The notes beneath the pieces were generated by a model. It ran no database searches. It had not been told where the DNA came from and was given only the letters and a program-made list of their open reading frames with translations. The position numbers and the translations under genes are program-made. Below are positions 18,484-29,061 of a stretch of DNA of 64,000 nt, in pieces (the first letter of the stretch is position 1; each line of letters begins with the position of its first letter). Source of the DNA: a virus; IMG/VR virus record IMGVR_UViG_3300045918_000145, positions 3,872-67,871 of that record; one strand, written 5' to 3'.

Positions 18484-21400
18484 TTAATCACCCATAAGCA
18501 TTTCACCTACATGTTCTAATCCATTCACATACAGTATCTTTGGCCCGCCACTTAATAACGCTGATAGCGGATTACCTATGAATGATAGCATTCCTTTTGT
18601 TACGCCTGGTATTGAATTCAAGATATTCTGATTGCCTAACTGGTGACCAATTATGAATGTAGCCAGCGTACTAAATGGATGCTCAGCAACTACATTTTTG
18701 ATATGTTTCAGAACACGCAACTGATACTTAGTAAACCACATCAAACCAACATTATTAGCATACTCAATCATCCTATGTGTAGGCGGAGCGAAATCAATAA
18801 ATTCATCGGTGACTTTACTAACTGCATTATCATGTGTCATGCCTTCTTTAGTATAGTGCTTATACAGAACGTATCTGCCAACATAGTCAGTCATTTTAAC
18901 TGCATTGTTGAGCATACGGTAACCTTCAGTGTCCTCTGTCATAAATATAGTTCTACCAACCTTTTCAACCGTTGGATGCAGTTTACTCAAACCAGTATCA
19001 ATGGCTTTATTTAAACCAAATTTAAACGGTGACTGTATGTGGCCTGTATCAACGTCATCTACGATTGATGGTAATAATCCAGCTGCTATCATTGCGGTAG
19101 ATGGGTTAATAGCTATCTCGTTTTCAAGACGTTTAATCTCACGAGTCATATTAGTAACCATGACACTACGCTCAGCAGCACTCAATGACTGCTTAACTGC
19201 GGTTACTTCACGTTTCTGTAATAGCACCTGTAACTTACTATTGTCAGCTTGGTAGCGTAATGCACTACTGAATGCTTCTCGTTGCAAAGGTATGATATCC
19301 TTTAAAGGAATACCTTTTGACTTGAGATACATGACGTTACTTACATGGTTACCCCAAGTAACAAAGAAGTTACGCACAACAATATTAGCTTTCGTGAGCT
19401 TAGTAAGTTGAACCAAGAAATCCTCAATAGTCTTGGCCCTATTAGCTGTACGCCCCAGAACACTTTGCACTTGCTTATCTGAATCCACAAAGGGATTCTC
19501 AAAACCTAAAGCAAACTGCATACCCTCCACAACAAGAGACTCGAATACATTTCTCTCTTCCTTCGTTTTACCAAACATTTCACTGATAGAATACTTACGC
19601 TGACCAAACACAAGATCAACTATATCCTGAGGTATCATCATTTCATTCTTACCCCAATATGAAAGTATCTGCTGCTTCATTTTAGGTGGGAACATATTAT
19701 AGATATCACGGTAACGTGCATGATCTGAATGTGGGCCAATCTTTACAAATGACCCAGGATATTTCTCTCTATCAGTATCCCACATATCCTTTAAAGCTAT
19801 AACCACATCCTGATTTATTTCAGGCGTGACAATTTTATCTACTCTCGTACTAGCCATAGCACCCAATATAGAATCAAACTCAGAGAATTGCTGTAAATAT
19901 GTATCTTTAGCAAACTCACTCATGACGTATCGCATGTTGGTTATATTACCTTTAGTGTCAAACTTAGGCGTAAGATAATTCTCTCCTAAATCAACACCAG
20001 TGGTACGTGCAGACGACTGAAGCATTACTTTTATTTTGGCTTCAGTAGCTCTCAAAACTTTTGCATTATTTGCATCAGCTGCAAATTCAGGATTAACCTG
20101 ATTGCCTATTTGATGCTGTATATCGTAAGAGTTAACACCTTTAGTTTTGTTCTGCTGAAAGGATACAATACCTTCCTGTAAATCGTTGATCGTACCGCCA
20201 CCAACGTTTGTGTAGACATAAATAGTATCCTGTACGGGATCAGTTGGATCACGTTTAAGTTCACCATTACGAGTGAACCCTTGATCAGCCAATCTTTGTT
20301 CATCATGGATTGTTCCAAATTCCATCTGAACACGACTATTCAGAATAGTCTTTGTGTAACCTTTTTCCATTAGAGCTGGATTGTCATAAAACAGATCAGT
20401 CAGTATCTGTTCTTTTAGTAACTTATGACTATTCAAAACATTCTCAATAGCACTGATATCTTCTTTCATCAGATTAGAAATAATCTTCTTGTCAGCCATT
20501 TTCATGTAATCCATAGATTTAACAGAAGCAGCTCTATCGAGTAACTCTACAACCTGGCTGAATGTACTGTCAGTAAGTGAACCATCAAAACCAGTCTTAT
20601 TCATTAGTGCTAGATTATTAGCATTACGATAATTGACACCTTGCTTGAAGCTGTGTCCTGTGATCATTCCATAAGCAAGGTCAGTAACTCCACCTTCAAA
20701 GAAAGTCATATACTGCTTTATACGCGCAGGATTCTTAATAACAGGAGTGAGCACTGCTTGGATTTCACCCAAGAGTCTATCTACCTCTGCCTGTCGCTGG
20801 ACTTTATTGTCAATGAAGCCTCGTATAACCTGTAGACTGTTCTTGTCCAACAGAGAGCTTATATCGCCTTTAAGTAACGTTTTACCCATAGCTGATTTTT
20901 CATGGCTTTCAAGTTTACGCTTAAAGTACTGATTTAGAGTATCTCGTATGACCTGAGCCACATCATTTTTAGCTCCATCAAGAACTAACTTACGATTGCC
21001 AAGCATGTCATAGAAAACTCTGAAACGCTCAGTCACACCTTTCATCTCATTGAAAAGTGTAGGTACTATTCCTTGCTCTTGATCGTTATACCAAAGCATA
21101 GCCAATCGCATTTGGTGACCAATCATATTGTCAACTTCAGGAAGCTTCTTAAGCTCAGCCATCATCTTACCGATAGCTGTTGTACTCATGACCTTAGAAG
21201 CAACATCCTTAATCTTGTTATCCATTGTTACACCAAAAGCAGTTGTTTTAGCTTCAGCCTCTCCAGCTGCTTGGAATAACACATTGGCTTGTTTATTCTC
21301 TATAAGAGACAGAGCCTTGACTAGATTCTCAAGCTCTACAGCTACATTGCTTGAGTGCTGTTGGTGATTAAAAGTAGTCTGAACAAAATCCATGATCTTA

Positions 21401-24400
21401 GTAAAGAGATTGACTATTGTGGTTTGAATATTCTTTTCAAATATACCTAACAGACCCTGGCGTTTCTTGATCATTTCAGGAGTAACAGATAACTTATCCA
21501 GCTCACGCTTAAAGTTTTCGTTGGTCATACCAAAAGAAAGAAATTCATCTAATGCTGCAAAGCTTTTATCTGCACGTTGAACGGGGTTGAATACGTAATC
21601 CCAACGAGCCTTGGCAGCCACGATTTCATGTGCATTAGCTGCATCAGTAAGATCAGCATTTGGATCATTCATAAATACCCTAAAAGCATTGTTGCCGTAG
21701 GTATCTTTGAATGAGTCATAAGCCAAGTTATACAGATCTGAAACCTGATTACGTAACTCAGCATTCTGATTCAAACCAAAATGAGTAATGTGATGGATTA
21801 ACTCATGGGCATAGACTTCAGCAGCTGACATTCTAATACCCTGAGTAAGCATACCAGGAGCAGGAGAACTACTCTGATTCTGTCTCTGAATATAAATCTT
21901 TTTACCAGTGTCATCCAATTTATATAAACCACGAGTGTCTTCCAACAATGACTTATGCTCAGCTATGAATACTTGTACAGGAGTCATTACACGAGCTACG
22001 ATGTCATTCAGAATACGCTTTAGATCCGCAACGTGTTCAGGTGAATTCTGTACACTGGTATGAGCTGCCTGATTGTCTAGTGCAAGAATGCTGTCAAATT
22101 TATCCACCACATTCTGAGAATCTATATTCTCCGTGTTAGGACGATTGGTTATTGGATCAACATAGTCATTCTCATTGGTTGATGTATCATTAGCAGATGA
22201 TGCAAAGAACTTTTCTTGACCAAGATCTTTTAGAGAATTTATGTCTATATTAGTATTCTCAGCATCCATAGTTAACACTGAATTTGGTTTAACATTGCCA
22301 AGTTTTTTATCATCAGCAAATAATGTCTTACTTGGATTTGATGGCTCAATAGTAACACCAATACCATTTAAAGGATATTGAGCTGACTGAGTTATATTGC
22401 CAGTTATTTCCTTTTTATTATTGGTTACTTCTTCCGCCATATGTTTTGCATCAAATGTTACTCTATTAAACAGGTTATCCAACGCTTCTTTATTTTCTGC
22501 CTCAGTATTAGTTTCACGAAACCCAGATACTTCTCTTAAGAATTGCTGTTGAGCTGCTTTGTAAGGTATTTCATCACCAGATTCTCTAGCTTCTTGTCGT
22601 ATTAAACCAACTTCCATTCTTACTTCTTCTTTGGAATATCCGTATGTGTCAAAGTTGACAACGTTATCTTTGAATAAAGCTGCAATAAGCTCAGGTTGGC
22701 TAATATCATTTGATGAAATAGCATTCTCAAGAGTTTGTTTAAGTTCCATTTCTGTATGCATATCAAACATAGCCTGACCAAGGCTGTAGTTAGAAACTAC
22801 GTCAAAGAATCTTTGATTTGCACTATCTCTAACAGCTTCACTATCTTTGATACTATGAGGGAAACCGTCATGGGCATTGAGTATATCTACTCCTTCAAGA
22901 CCCATTAGATGATTAGCTACCATTGAGTCAATCATCTGAATAGATCGAACCATAGCTGAAGCACCTACTTCTTTTAGGTAAGGAATACTGTCAACGTAAC
23001 CCGTAAATGGAGATAAACCAGATTCTGCAGTATATGATTGTGAAACCGTAGCTGCATCAGAATAGTCCTTAGTTTTGTTACCCGCGTTATCTTTTTGCCT
23101 ACCTACCTCAGCCAGTGTTAAATAACTATGGTCATTATCAGTATTATCAGGAGTTTTAATCTTTGGAATAAGATGTTCTATACTTTTAAGAATTACTTGT
23201 AATTGAGCATTAGTTATACGTCCAACATCTTTCTTTTCAACCATTACACCTTTAGCTTTAGCCTCTGCAGCATTAGCAGCAATCTGCGCGTCTACTTTAG
23301 ATTTCAGAACTAAATTGTAAACTGTAGCTGCTCTTTGAATAAGAGTATTAAATGGCTTACGGGCTTCAATGACAGGCGCATAAACTGTGTCAATGGCGTC
23401 TTCCATTGCCTGACCATAAGTTTCTCTGGTTGCTTTAGTTATAAGTTTGATGGCATCTTTATCTAATTTAAACTTTTTCAGTTTATTAATATCCAGGTTG
23501 CCATTAGTCATATATTTAGCCAAAGACATTTCTGAACTTGGCTTACCATCATGACTATTGGTAAGAACGGCTACAGATTTAAGTATTTTTTTAAGATCAG
23601 CCTCTACTATATCTTTGGATTTATTATCAACTACGCCTTTAATGACTTTTTCAATACCACCATAAATGCCGTCACTAATGACGTTCTCTCCGGTCAAGAT
23701 CATATTCTGTTTATTGATGCCAGCACTGTACATAGTCTGCATTGTTCTTGGCTTAGCAAGTTTACGAATAAGACTATTGATAATGCCTTCATTGACTATC
23801 TCACCCGTTTCTTTGTCAACATGTTCTGTGAATCTACCAAGTAAGGTTTCCAGAGCCATTGAATAATTATATTGTCTGTTGGCCTTATTACGAACGTCAT
23901 CTTTTAGTGTTGAGTTTTTACTGTCAAGACGTAATTGCTTTTTCATTTCAGCTATCTTCAACGCCCATTGCTGAGCCATACGTTGATAAGCATCATTGAG
24001 GTTATACTGACCAAGTAGTTTATCAAGATTTGGTGCTGTTTTACGTCTATCAATACTCATACCGCCCATAGCCAAAGATGCTAATACTTCGCGCTTATCT
24101 GCACTATCTGGTATCAACATCATAATTCCAATGATAGGGCCATTACTTACACCATCTATTTCATTGTACATATCGGTTTTGAATAAACCTTTACCAGGGT
24201 CTTCAGACGACTTATAAGCCTCGTAACGAGCATACTCAACCAGACCCTTAAGACTATGTAGCTTTTCTTTACCAGCGACTACACCGGCTGCTATGGCACT
24301 CTTTTGAGTGTCATTCATAACGCCTGTAGCCTGATAGGTTTGAATTGCTTTTATGGCATTAGCAAACACATCTTTTTTAAGTAGATCTGTTAGTTGAGTT

Positions 24401-26133
24401 AATTGATTATCAACACCACCAACCTTACCTGATTCAATACCAAAGGATAAGGCAACTGCTTGTAGAAATGCATTGTCAGTGGCTTTATCTGTTTTTGGAT
24501 TAAATTCAGTAAGCCACGAAGTAGGACTAAATAGATTCCTGTGCATCTTTGAATTCTGTGGATTAAGATTGCCAGTTTGAATCATACGCATATTGTTCAT
24601 AAACTTTGCAGCTATGTAAAATAAAGTATTTTGGTTTTCTGTCTTTCTTAAATCAGCTTGCCTCATCCAAGCTTTTAGATTCTTGAGGTCACGCTGAATA
24701 CCTCTGTTAGCACCATCTACACTCTTATTACGGGTTTCTAGCAAATGCGTATCGTCAACCATACCAATGATAGCATCTAAAGCAGAACCCTCTCCTAGAG
24801 CCTGAAACACATCCATTGAATGCTGACTTGCATCGTATGCAACATCCACATTCTTTTTAAGATTTGCTGTTTGTTTCTTGCCAACAGTACCATTTCTGCC
24901 TATAGGAGCGTTATCAGGCATAAATATTTTAGACCATGAAAAGTTAGTAGCATCTGACTCATTGTCGAACAATTTATCAAACGCACCTGGGGCATTACTC
25001 ATATGTTCTTCGCCAATAGTCATATGAGTTGGAGTGTCATATTTATGATCACTCACCAGTTTTAGAAACTTAGCGGTAGATTTTCCATTCTTACCTTCAT
25101 TCTTAGGATCACTATCAAAAGCTCTTTGCTCAGCTGTTTGAGGATGGAACACTTCACCAGTTTCCAGAGTCTCATTATTTTTAAGAGCTTCAATACCTCG
25201 TGTTCCGTCTTCTTTACCCGTATAGACTTCTTGGCGTTCAAAGTATGGTTTACCGTTTTTGGTCTTCATTGTTTCCATAGCTGCTATAGCCATGAAACCA
25301 AGAGACATCTCAAGACGCGCTTTGGCATTCATATCAGATGTTTCAGTTGGCTTAATAGACATACGTTGTAGTATCTTTGAACCAAGTTGTTTAGCCAAAG
25401 CCTCAGCAGGTACTCCTAATTTCATTAAATGCTCCACTAGACTATCAGGCATTGGTTCATCTTTACCATAACCCATCAAATCTCGAAGAGATTCCGTAGT
25501 TTGACCAGTAGCAGTAGTACCGTTAGTATGAAGCCATTCATACATTGTAGCAGCCATAGCTGTCTTAGTAGGTACGTCAAGCTTGCTAGTGTATGTATTA
25601 CCTTCATAGGTGACTGATGCAGGTTCTTTTGGATTAGTTGCATCACGAAATGGTAGATACTTAATCATATCTTTAAAACGATAGAATCTATCGCCTTTAG
25701 GCTCAAAGATCTGTTCAATAGTTTGTTGGAATGGTTTATTAAAGTTGTCATTGAAATACTTGATAGATGCTATTTCTTTATCTGAAATATCATTTTCACG
25801 CAGAAGGGTAGACTTAAGCGCATTGGTTACTGAACCAACTCTTTGAACAATGTTCTTGAGAAGTTTCTTTAAACCAACAGGCTCAAACTGGTTAAGCTCG
25901 TTGTTCGTGTCTTCTTCACGATTTGTGTATGAATAAGCTACAGAGGACTTAATAGCCTCCTGTTGAGCACTTTTTATTACTTGGTCATACTGATCTTTAA
26001 AAGATTTCTTTTGACTCTGTAAGTCTTCTACATGCTTCTCAAGTAGCATTGTTTTACCATTTCGTACTTGATTCTGTATTTTGGTATTAAGTTTATACTT
26101 GAGCATATTCATATTTAAACAGGATTGTGACAT
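18484..26133 (-). CDS. Virion RNA polymerase, catalytic plus C-terminal part (N4 gp50-like, lacking the N-terminal ~1000 aa)
   Basis: T7-like motifs EIDGVSNG (~aa 660), RKLAKPRTMQTMYSAG (~aa 790), AHDGF (~aa 1089); AHELIHH zincin-like motif; own GGGAG RBS. Confidence 0.9.
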   Translation of the reverse strand: MSQSCLNMNMLKYKLNTKIQNQVRNGKTMLLEKHVEDLQSQKKSFKDQYDQVIKSAQQEAIKSSVAYSYTNREEDTNNELNQFEPVGLKKLLKNIVQRVGSVTNALKSTLLRENDISDKEIASIKYFNDNFNKPFQQTIEQIFEPKGDRFYRFKDMIKYLPFRDATNPKEPASVTYEGNTYTSKLDVPTKTAMAATMYEWLHTNGTTATGQTTESLRDLMGYGKDEPMPDSLVEHLMKLGVPAEALAKQLGSKILQRMSIKPTETSDMNAKARLEMSLGFMAIAAMETMKTKNGKPYFERQEVYTGKEDGTRGIEALKNNETLETGEVFHPQTAEQRAFDSDPKNEGKNGKSTAKFLKLVSDHKYDTPTHMTIGEEHMSNAPGAFDKLFDNESDATNFSWSKIFMPDNAPIGRNGTVGKKQTANLKKNVDVAYDASQHSMDVFQALGEGSALDAIIGMVDDTHLLETRNKSVDGANRGIQRDLKNLKAWMRQADLRKTENQNTLFYIAAKFMNNMRMIQTGNLNPQNSKMHRNLFSPTSWLTEFNPKTDKATDNAFLQAVALSFGIESGKVGGVDNQLTQLTDLLKKDVFANAIKAIQTYQATGVMNDTQKSAIAAGVVAGKEKLHSLKGLVEYARYEAYKSSEDPGKGLFKTDMYNEIDGVSNGPIIGIMMLIPDSADKREVLASLAMGGMSIDRRKTAPNLDKLLGQYNLNDAYQRMAQQWALKIAEMKKQLRLDSKNSTLKDDVRNKANRQYNYSMALETLLGRFTEHVDKETGEIVNEGIINSLIRKLAKPRTMQTMYSAGINKQNMILTGENVISDGIYGGIEKVIKGVVDNKSKDIVEADLKKILKSVAVLTNSHDGKPSSEMSLAKYMTNGNLDINKLKKFKLDKDAIKLITKATRETYGQAMEDAIDTVYAPVIEARKPFNTLIQRAATVYNLVLKSKVDAQIAANAAEAKAKGVMVEKKDVGRITNAQLQVILKSIEHLIPKIKTPDNTDNDHSYLTLAEVGRQKDNAGNKTKDYSDAATVSQSYTAESGLSPFTGYVDSIPYLKEVGASAMVRSIQMIDSMVANHLMGLEGVDILNAHDGFPHSIKDSEAVRDSANQRFFDVVSNYSLGQAMFDMHTEMELKQTLENAISSNDISQPELIAALFKDNVVNFDTYGYSKEEVRMEVGLIRQEARESGDEIPYKAAQQQFLREVSGFRETNTEAENKEALDNLFNRVTFDAKHMAEEVTNNKKEITGNITQSAQYPLNGIGVTIEPSNPSKTLFADDKKLGNVKPNSVLTMDAENTNIDINSLKDLGQEKFFASSANDTSTNENDYVDPITNRPNTENIDSQNVVDKFDSILALDNQAAHTSVQNSPEHVADLKRILNDIVARVMTPVQVFIAEHKSLLEDTRGLYKLDDTGKKIYIQRQNQSSSPAPGMLTQGIRMSAAEVYAHELIHHITHFGLNQNAELRNQVSDLYNLAYDSFKDTYGNNAFRVFMNDPNADLTDAANAHEIVAAKARWDYVFNPVQRADKSFAALDEFLSFGMTNENFKRELDKLSVTPEMIKKRQGLLGIFEKNIQTTIVNLFTKIMDFVQTTFNHQQHSSNVAVELENLVKALSLIENKQANVLFQAAGEAEAKTTAFGVTMDNKIKDVASKVMSTTAIGKMMAELKKLPEVDNMIGHQMRLAMLWYNDQEQGIVPTLFNEMKGVTERFRVFYDMLGNRKLVLDGAKNDVAQVIRDTLNQYFKRKLESHEKSAMGKTLLKGDISSLLDKNSLQVIRGFIDNKVQRQAEVDRLLGEIQAVLTPVIKNPARIKQYMTFFEGGVTDLAYGMITGHSFKQGVNYRNANNLALMNKTGFDGSLTDSTFSQVVELLDRAASVKSMDYMKMADKKIISNLMKEDISAIENVLNSHKLLKEQILTDLFYDNPALMEKGYTKTILNSRVQMEFGTIHDEQRLADQGFTRNGELKRDPTDPVQDTIYVYTNVGGGTINDLQEGIVSFQQNKTKGVNSYDIQHQIGNQVNPEFAADANNAKVLRATEAKIKVMLQSSARTTGVDLGENYLTPKFDTKGNITNMRYVMSEFAKDTYLQQFSEFDSILGAMASTRVDKIVTPEINQDVVIALKDMWDTDREKYPGSFVKIGPHSDHARYRDIYNMFPPKMKQQILSYWGKNEMMIPQDIVDLVFGQRKYSISEMFGKTKEERNVFESLVVEGMQFALGFENPFVDSDKQVQSVLGRTANRAKTIEDFLVQLTKLTKANIVVRNFFVTWGNHVSNVMYLKSKGIPLKDIIPLQREAFSSALRYQADNSKLQVLLQKREVTAVKQSLSAAERSVMVTNMTREIKRLENEIAINPSTAMIAAGLLPSIVDDVDTGHIQSPFKFGLNKAIDTGLSKLHPTVEKVGRTIFMTEDTEGYRMLNNAVKMTDYVGRYVLYKHYTKEGMTHDNAVSKVTDEFIDFAPPTHRMIEYANNVGLMWFTKYQLRVLKHIKNVVAEHPFSTLATFIIGHQLGNQNILNSIPGVTKGMLSFIGNPLSALLSGGPKILYVNGLEHVGEMLMGD

Positions 26134-26159
26134 AATACACTCCCAATGGTTAAATTTAG

Positions 26160-26185
26160 AAAAGGCTTCCTTACGAAAGCCTTTT
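26160..26185 (-). terminator. Rho-independent terminator immediately upstream of the vRNAP catalytic gene
   Basis: Minus strand AAGGCTTT-cgtaag-GAAGCCTT followed by TT. Confidence 0.65.
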
Positions 26186-26208
26186 CAGATTAGATTAATA
26201 CGAAGTGC

Positions 26209-26244
26209 CTAGCACTTTTTCCCGCCACCTTTTTTCTTAGCCAT
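26209..26244 (-). CDS. 11-aa mini-ORF MAKKKGGGKKC
   Basis: Near-perfect SD AAGGTGGTGAT 5 nt upstream of the ATG; stop lies within the AAGTGC-TAG-GCACTT hairpin. Confidence 0.5.
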   Translation of the reverse strand: MAKKKGGGKKC

Positions 26245-26276
26245 TTGAAATCACCACCTTTATAGTTAGTAACAGC

Positions 26277-26305
26277 TGTATAGTATATATTACGTAATAT
26301 GGCAA
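26277..26305 (-). promoter_or_regulatory. Candidate sigma70-type promoter with a palindromic spacer
   Basis: TTGCCA-N17-TATACA on the minus strand; perfect palindrome ATATTACGTAATAT at 26287-26300. Confidence 0.35.
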
Positions 26306-26309
26306 TAAT

Positions 26310-26540
26310 TTATGTTGGAGATGTAGGCCATACTGGATTGTATGGATCACATGTTTCAGGGAAATCTCTAAGAGCTTGACGATATATTACCCATTCTGCT
26401 TTTTTCTCTGGGGTGAGGGGTGAGTCAGAACCTTGTGTCCAATCGCATTTAAACAATAAATTATTACGAATCTCTTTATATCTTGAAATTAAATATTCGT
26501 TTTCTGTTATGTCTATATTTTTCCTAATTATCACACTCAT
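26310..26540 (-). CDS. Tail fibre assembly chaperone-like protein
   Basis: RNNLLFKCDWTQGSD...WVIYRQALRDFP...VWPTSP; start refined (ATGA overlap). Confidence 0.8.
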   Translation of the reverse strand: MSVIIRKNIDITENEYLISRYKEIRNNLLFKCDWTQGSDSPLTPEKKAEWVIYRQALRDFPETCDPYNPVWPTSPT

Positions 26541-28756
26541 CGTTTTGTCCCTAAACCTACCATAGATGCACGAATAAAATCTAAATAGTTGTACTGACCC
26601 GGTCTTGAATTTGAATAAGTAAATTGCAGGGTATAAGTCCAATTACCTACTCCGGGTGAATCATATAATGTTAAAGCACCAATCAACTGCTCAAGCGGAG
26701 GTATATCAGGATAGGTACAAACCGCTGTTTGCTGAAATAACATGGCGTTTGGCGTACCAATAATCTCTCCGTTTCTACAAAATTGTGCTGTTACGGTATA
26801 CGAATTACTTAATTCAATTCCATTTGAGCTAGCCATACAACCAGCATTTATCATAAAGCTGGCATTTAAGATTACTCCGTATGCTTTGCCAATGGGCATA
26901 TCAAATTCTATGGAAAGTTTGTTGATAGAATGAGATAGATCTTCCCAACCCGAAATAAATATATCATGGTTGGTAGCAGTGTAATCATGACTTTCTAGTG
27001 GAAAAGTTACAGCATTACCCTTTATCTGCAACGTATCAACACCCAAGTCTCCTGTGGATATCTTATCGCCATCAATAGTCGTCTGGGTCGGTCTAGTCCA
27101 AATATTTGCCGCCATATTGACAGCACCCTTAGCTTTATCTGCTATAGCATTAAGTAGTGTCTGTCTGGTTGAGTATACATTAGCAAATTTACTTCTAAAA
27201 ACAGTTCCATCAATTACTACGTTACTGCCTGGTATAGTACCAAAACCAGTAAGCCCACTGATATATGTGGTAAGATCTGATACGGCAGTGCCATACGCAG
27301 TGTTTTCAGTTGTTATATGATACGTTGAAGCAAGTTCTGCTATTCCCTCCACTTCGTTAGCGAGCGTGTTGTATTCTAAAAGTGCTGCCGGTTTTTCACC
27401 TGGAGTAATAATATTGTTAGAGGCGATGTCTGTTAATGTATTTAATGCTGCTGTAGCATTTGCACTAGCATTAGCGAGTATTGTAGATGCTGTGCTATCA
27501 ATATCAGCTAAACTTGTTGGCTTATCTGTAAGATGAGCATACCCAGCAGACCCGCTACTAAAAGTCACTTTACCCGTAAAATCAAAGACACCACCATCAA
27601 AACTAAATTTATTATTTGCATCTTGTGCAAATTGAAATGTTCCGTTTTTATTAATTCGCCACCCAGCCGTTCCTATTACAAAATTTGAGCTTTCTATGTA
27701 ATTACCTATTTTAGCGTTAGTAATATTTCCATCAGTAATCATTGCAGTTGTGATTGTTGCGTCAGCAATCAAGGCTGAATTTATATATACTTGCCCATCT
27801 GTGACAATAAATGGCACTGCTTGCTCAAGAGGATCATCAGGGTCAACTATTGAAAATCTGTCGGCCAGTATAATAAAGTCTGCATTCTCTCCATCGTTGG
27901 CTAAACCAAATCCAGCAATGTGACCATTAACATCAGTCTTGAGAGTATATTGAGCGTATAGATTGGCTTCAACTAGTTTCCAGTGAGATGCATTATCAGG
28001 CGGAAATAAGCCAATATTAGGCGGATCAGTAAGCTTGGTAATGCATTGGTATATCTTTCCACTATAAGTGTCTGTAAGACCGCCTATCATGGCAGACTCA
28101 CCTTTTTGGTATTCCTTATTATCTACCCATAAAGGTGCAATGGTTTGTGCTCTGACTTGTGATTCTATTTGTAAGGCAGCACTTAAATCTCCAAGTGAAT
28201 TACCAGTAGATGCAATAAGCGTTTCAACATGAGTAGCTATAGCTCCATCTAGATTTGCGGTTGTTGTGTATTCATCTAATGTAAGAGCTATATTATCTCC
28301 TACTGAGGATAATAAACCATCCCTTCGTGTAGCCCATGCTGCGTCTGCAGTAGCAGTAGTAGAGTAATCAGCAAAGATTCCTGCGAGGCTATCTGTTGTT
28401 ACAGCTAGTGACACCGCATTATTTAAATCCCAAACGTCACTTTCAATAGTACCAATTCTATCAATACGGCTAGCCAAGTCACCAAATAACTCTGTGGATT
28501 TAATCTGACCAGTTAATTTATTGATAAGATACTCAGTAGTGATCAAATCAGTTACTTCATCATTAGTAGGCGTATGACCGTCCTGACCCTTTTCTGTAGC
28601 ATATTTGACTATAATAGGTAAGTCAGTATTAGATACAATAATTTGAGCGTTCTGGGTCAGATTAACTACATCAGGACTATCCAATACAGTAATGTTAGAC
28701 CTATTCTGTACAAGTACTACTGGACGATCTTGTTGTATCAAAACTAAATCGTTCAT
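26537..28756 (-). CDS. Tail fibre / host-specificity protein with a lambda-J C-terminal-like (DUF1983-type) region
   Basis: LTGQIKSTEL, YTLKTDVNGHIAGFG, ADRFSI, PFIVTDGQVYINSALI, ITNAKIGNYIESSNF...GWRINKNG. Confidence 0.8.
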   Translation of the reverse strand: MNDLVLIQQDRPVVLVQNRSNITVLDSPDVVNLTQNAQIIVSNTDLPIIVKYATEKGQDGHTPTNDEVTDLITTEYLINKLTGQIKSTELFGDLASRIDRIGTIESDVWDLNNAVSLAVTTDSLAGIFADYSTTATADAAWATRRDGLLSSVGDNIALTLDEYTTTANLDGAIATHVETLIASTGNSLGDLSAALQIESQVRAQTIAPLWVDNKEYQKGESAMIGGLTDTYSGKIYQCITKLTDPPNIGLFPPDNASHWKLVEANLYAQYTLKTDVNGHIAGFGLANDGENADFIILADRFSIVDPDDPLEQAVPFIVTDGQVYINSALIADATITTAMITDGNITNAKIGNYIESSNFVIGTAGWRINKNGTFQFAQDANNKFSFDGGVFDFTGKVTFSSGSAGYAHLTDKPTSLADIDSTASTILANASANATAALNTLTDIASNNIITPGEKPAALLEYNTLANEVEGIAELASTYHITTENTAYGTAVSDLTTYISGLTGFGTIPGSNVVIDGTVFRSKFANVYSTRQTLLNAIADKAKGAVNMAANIWTRPTQTTIDGDKISTGDLGVDTLQIKGNAVTFPLESHDYTATNHDIFISGWEDLSHSINKLSIEFDMPIGKAYGVILNASFMINAGCMASSNGIELSNSYTVTAQFCRNGEIIGTPNAMLFQQTAVCTYPDIPPLEQLIGALTLYDSPGVGNWTYTLQFTYSNSRPGQYNYLDFIRASMVGLGTKR

Positions 28757-29061
28757 AGAGGATTCCGCACAGAGATATGAAATTGATCAGAAGTCTGACT
28801 TCCTGAGATATCTGATCTCATCAGTTCTGCTAGATAACCACCAACAGGTAACCCACCGAAACCAATAGATACTTCTCCACGAGGCCCGTCAACAACTGTA
28901 CCAGTCAACGTAGTAGTTGTTGGAGTTGTAGCAACTCGACACACAACAGTACTGGATGTAAGATCCACAACCACAGTTTCACCAGCAGGGCCAATTGTAT
29001 TTTGATACTGTATAAGAGTAGATCTTGAGTCACCATGAACAATATTTAGAGTGCCAGTCAT
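28753..29061 (-). CDS. Small tail-associated protein (BppU N-terminal-like)
   Basis: LNIVHGDSR...VDLTSSTV... beta-rich; ATGA-coupled on both sides. Confidence 0.5.
   Translation of the reverse strand: MTGTLNIVHGDSRSTLIQYQNTIGPAGETVVVDLTSSTVVCRVATTPTTTTLTGTVVDGPRGEVSIGFGGLPVGGYLAELMRSDISGSQTSDQFHISVRNPL

Noticed and set aside
26537-28756. Diversity-generating retroelement targeting the fibre tip
   Set aside because: No reverse transcriptase and no template/variable repeat pair were seen.
26133-29058. vRNAP split as a simple frameshift or sequencing error
   Set aside because: The halves are 2.9 kb apart with three coherent genes between them, and each half has its own RBS; misassembly still needs a read-level check.
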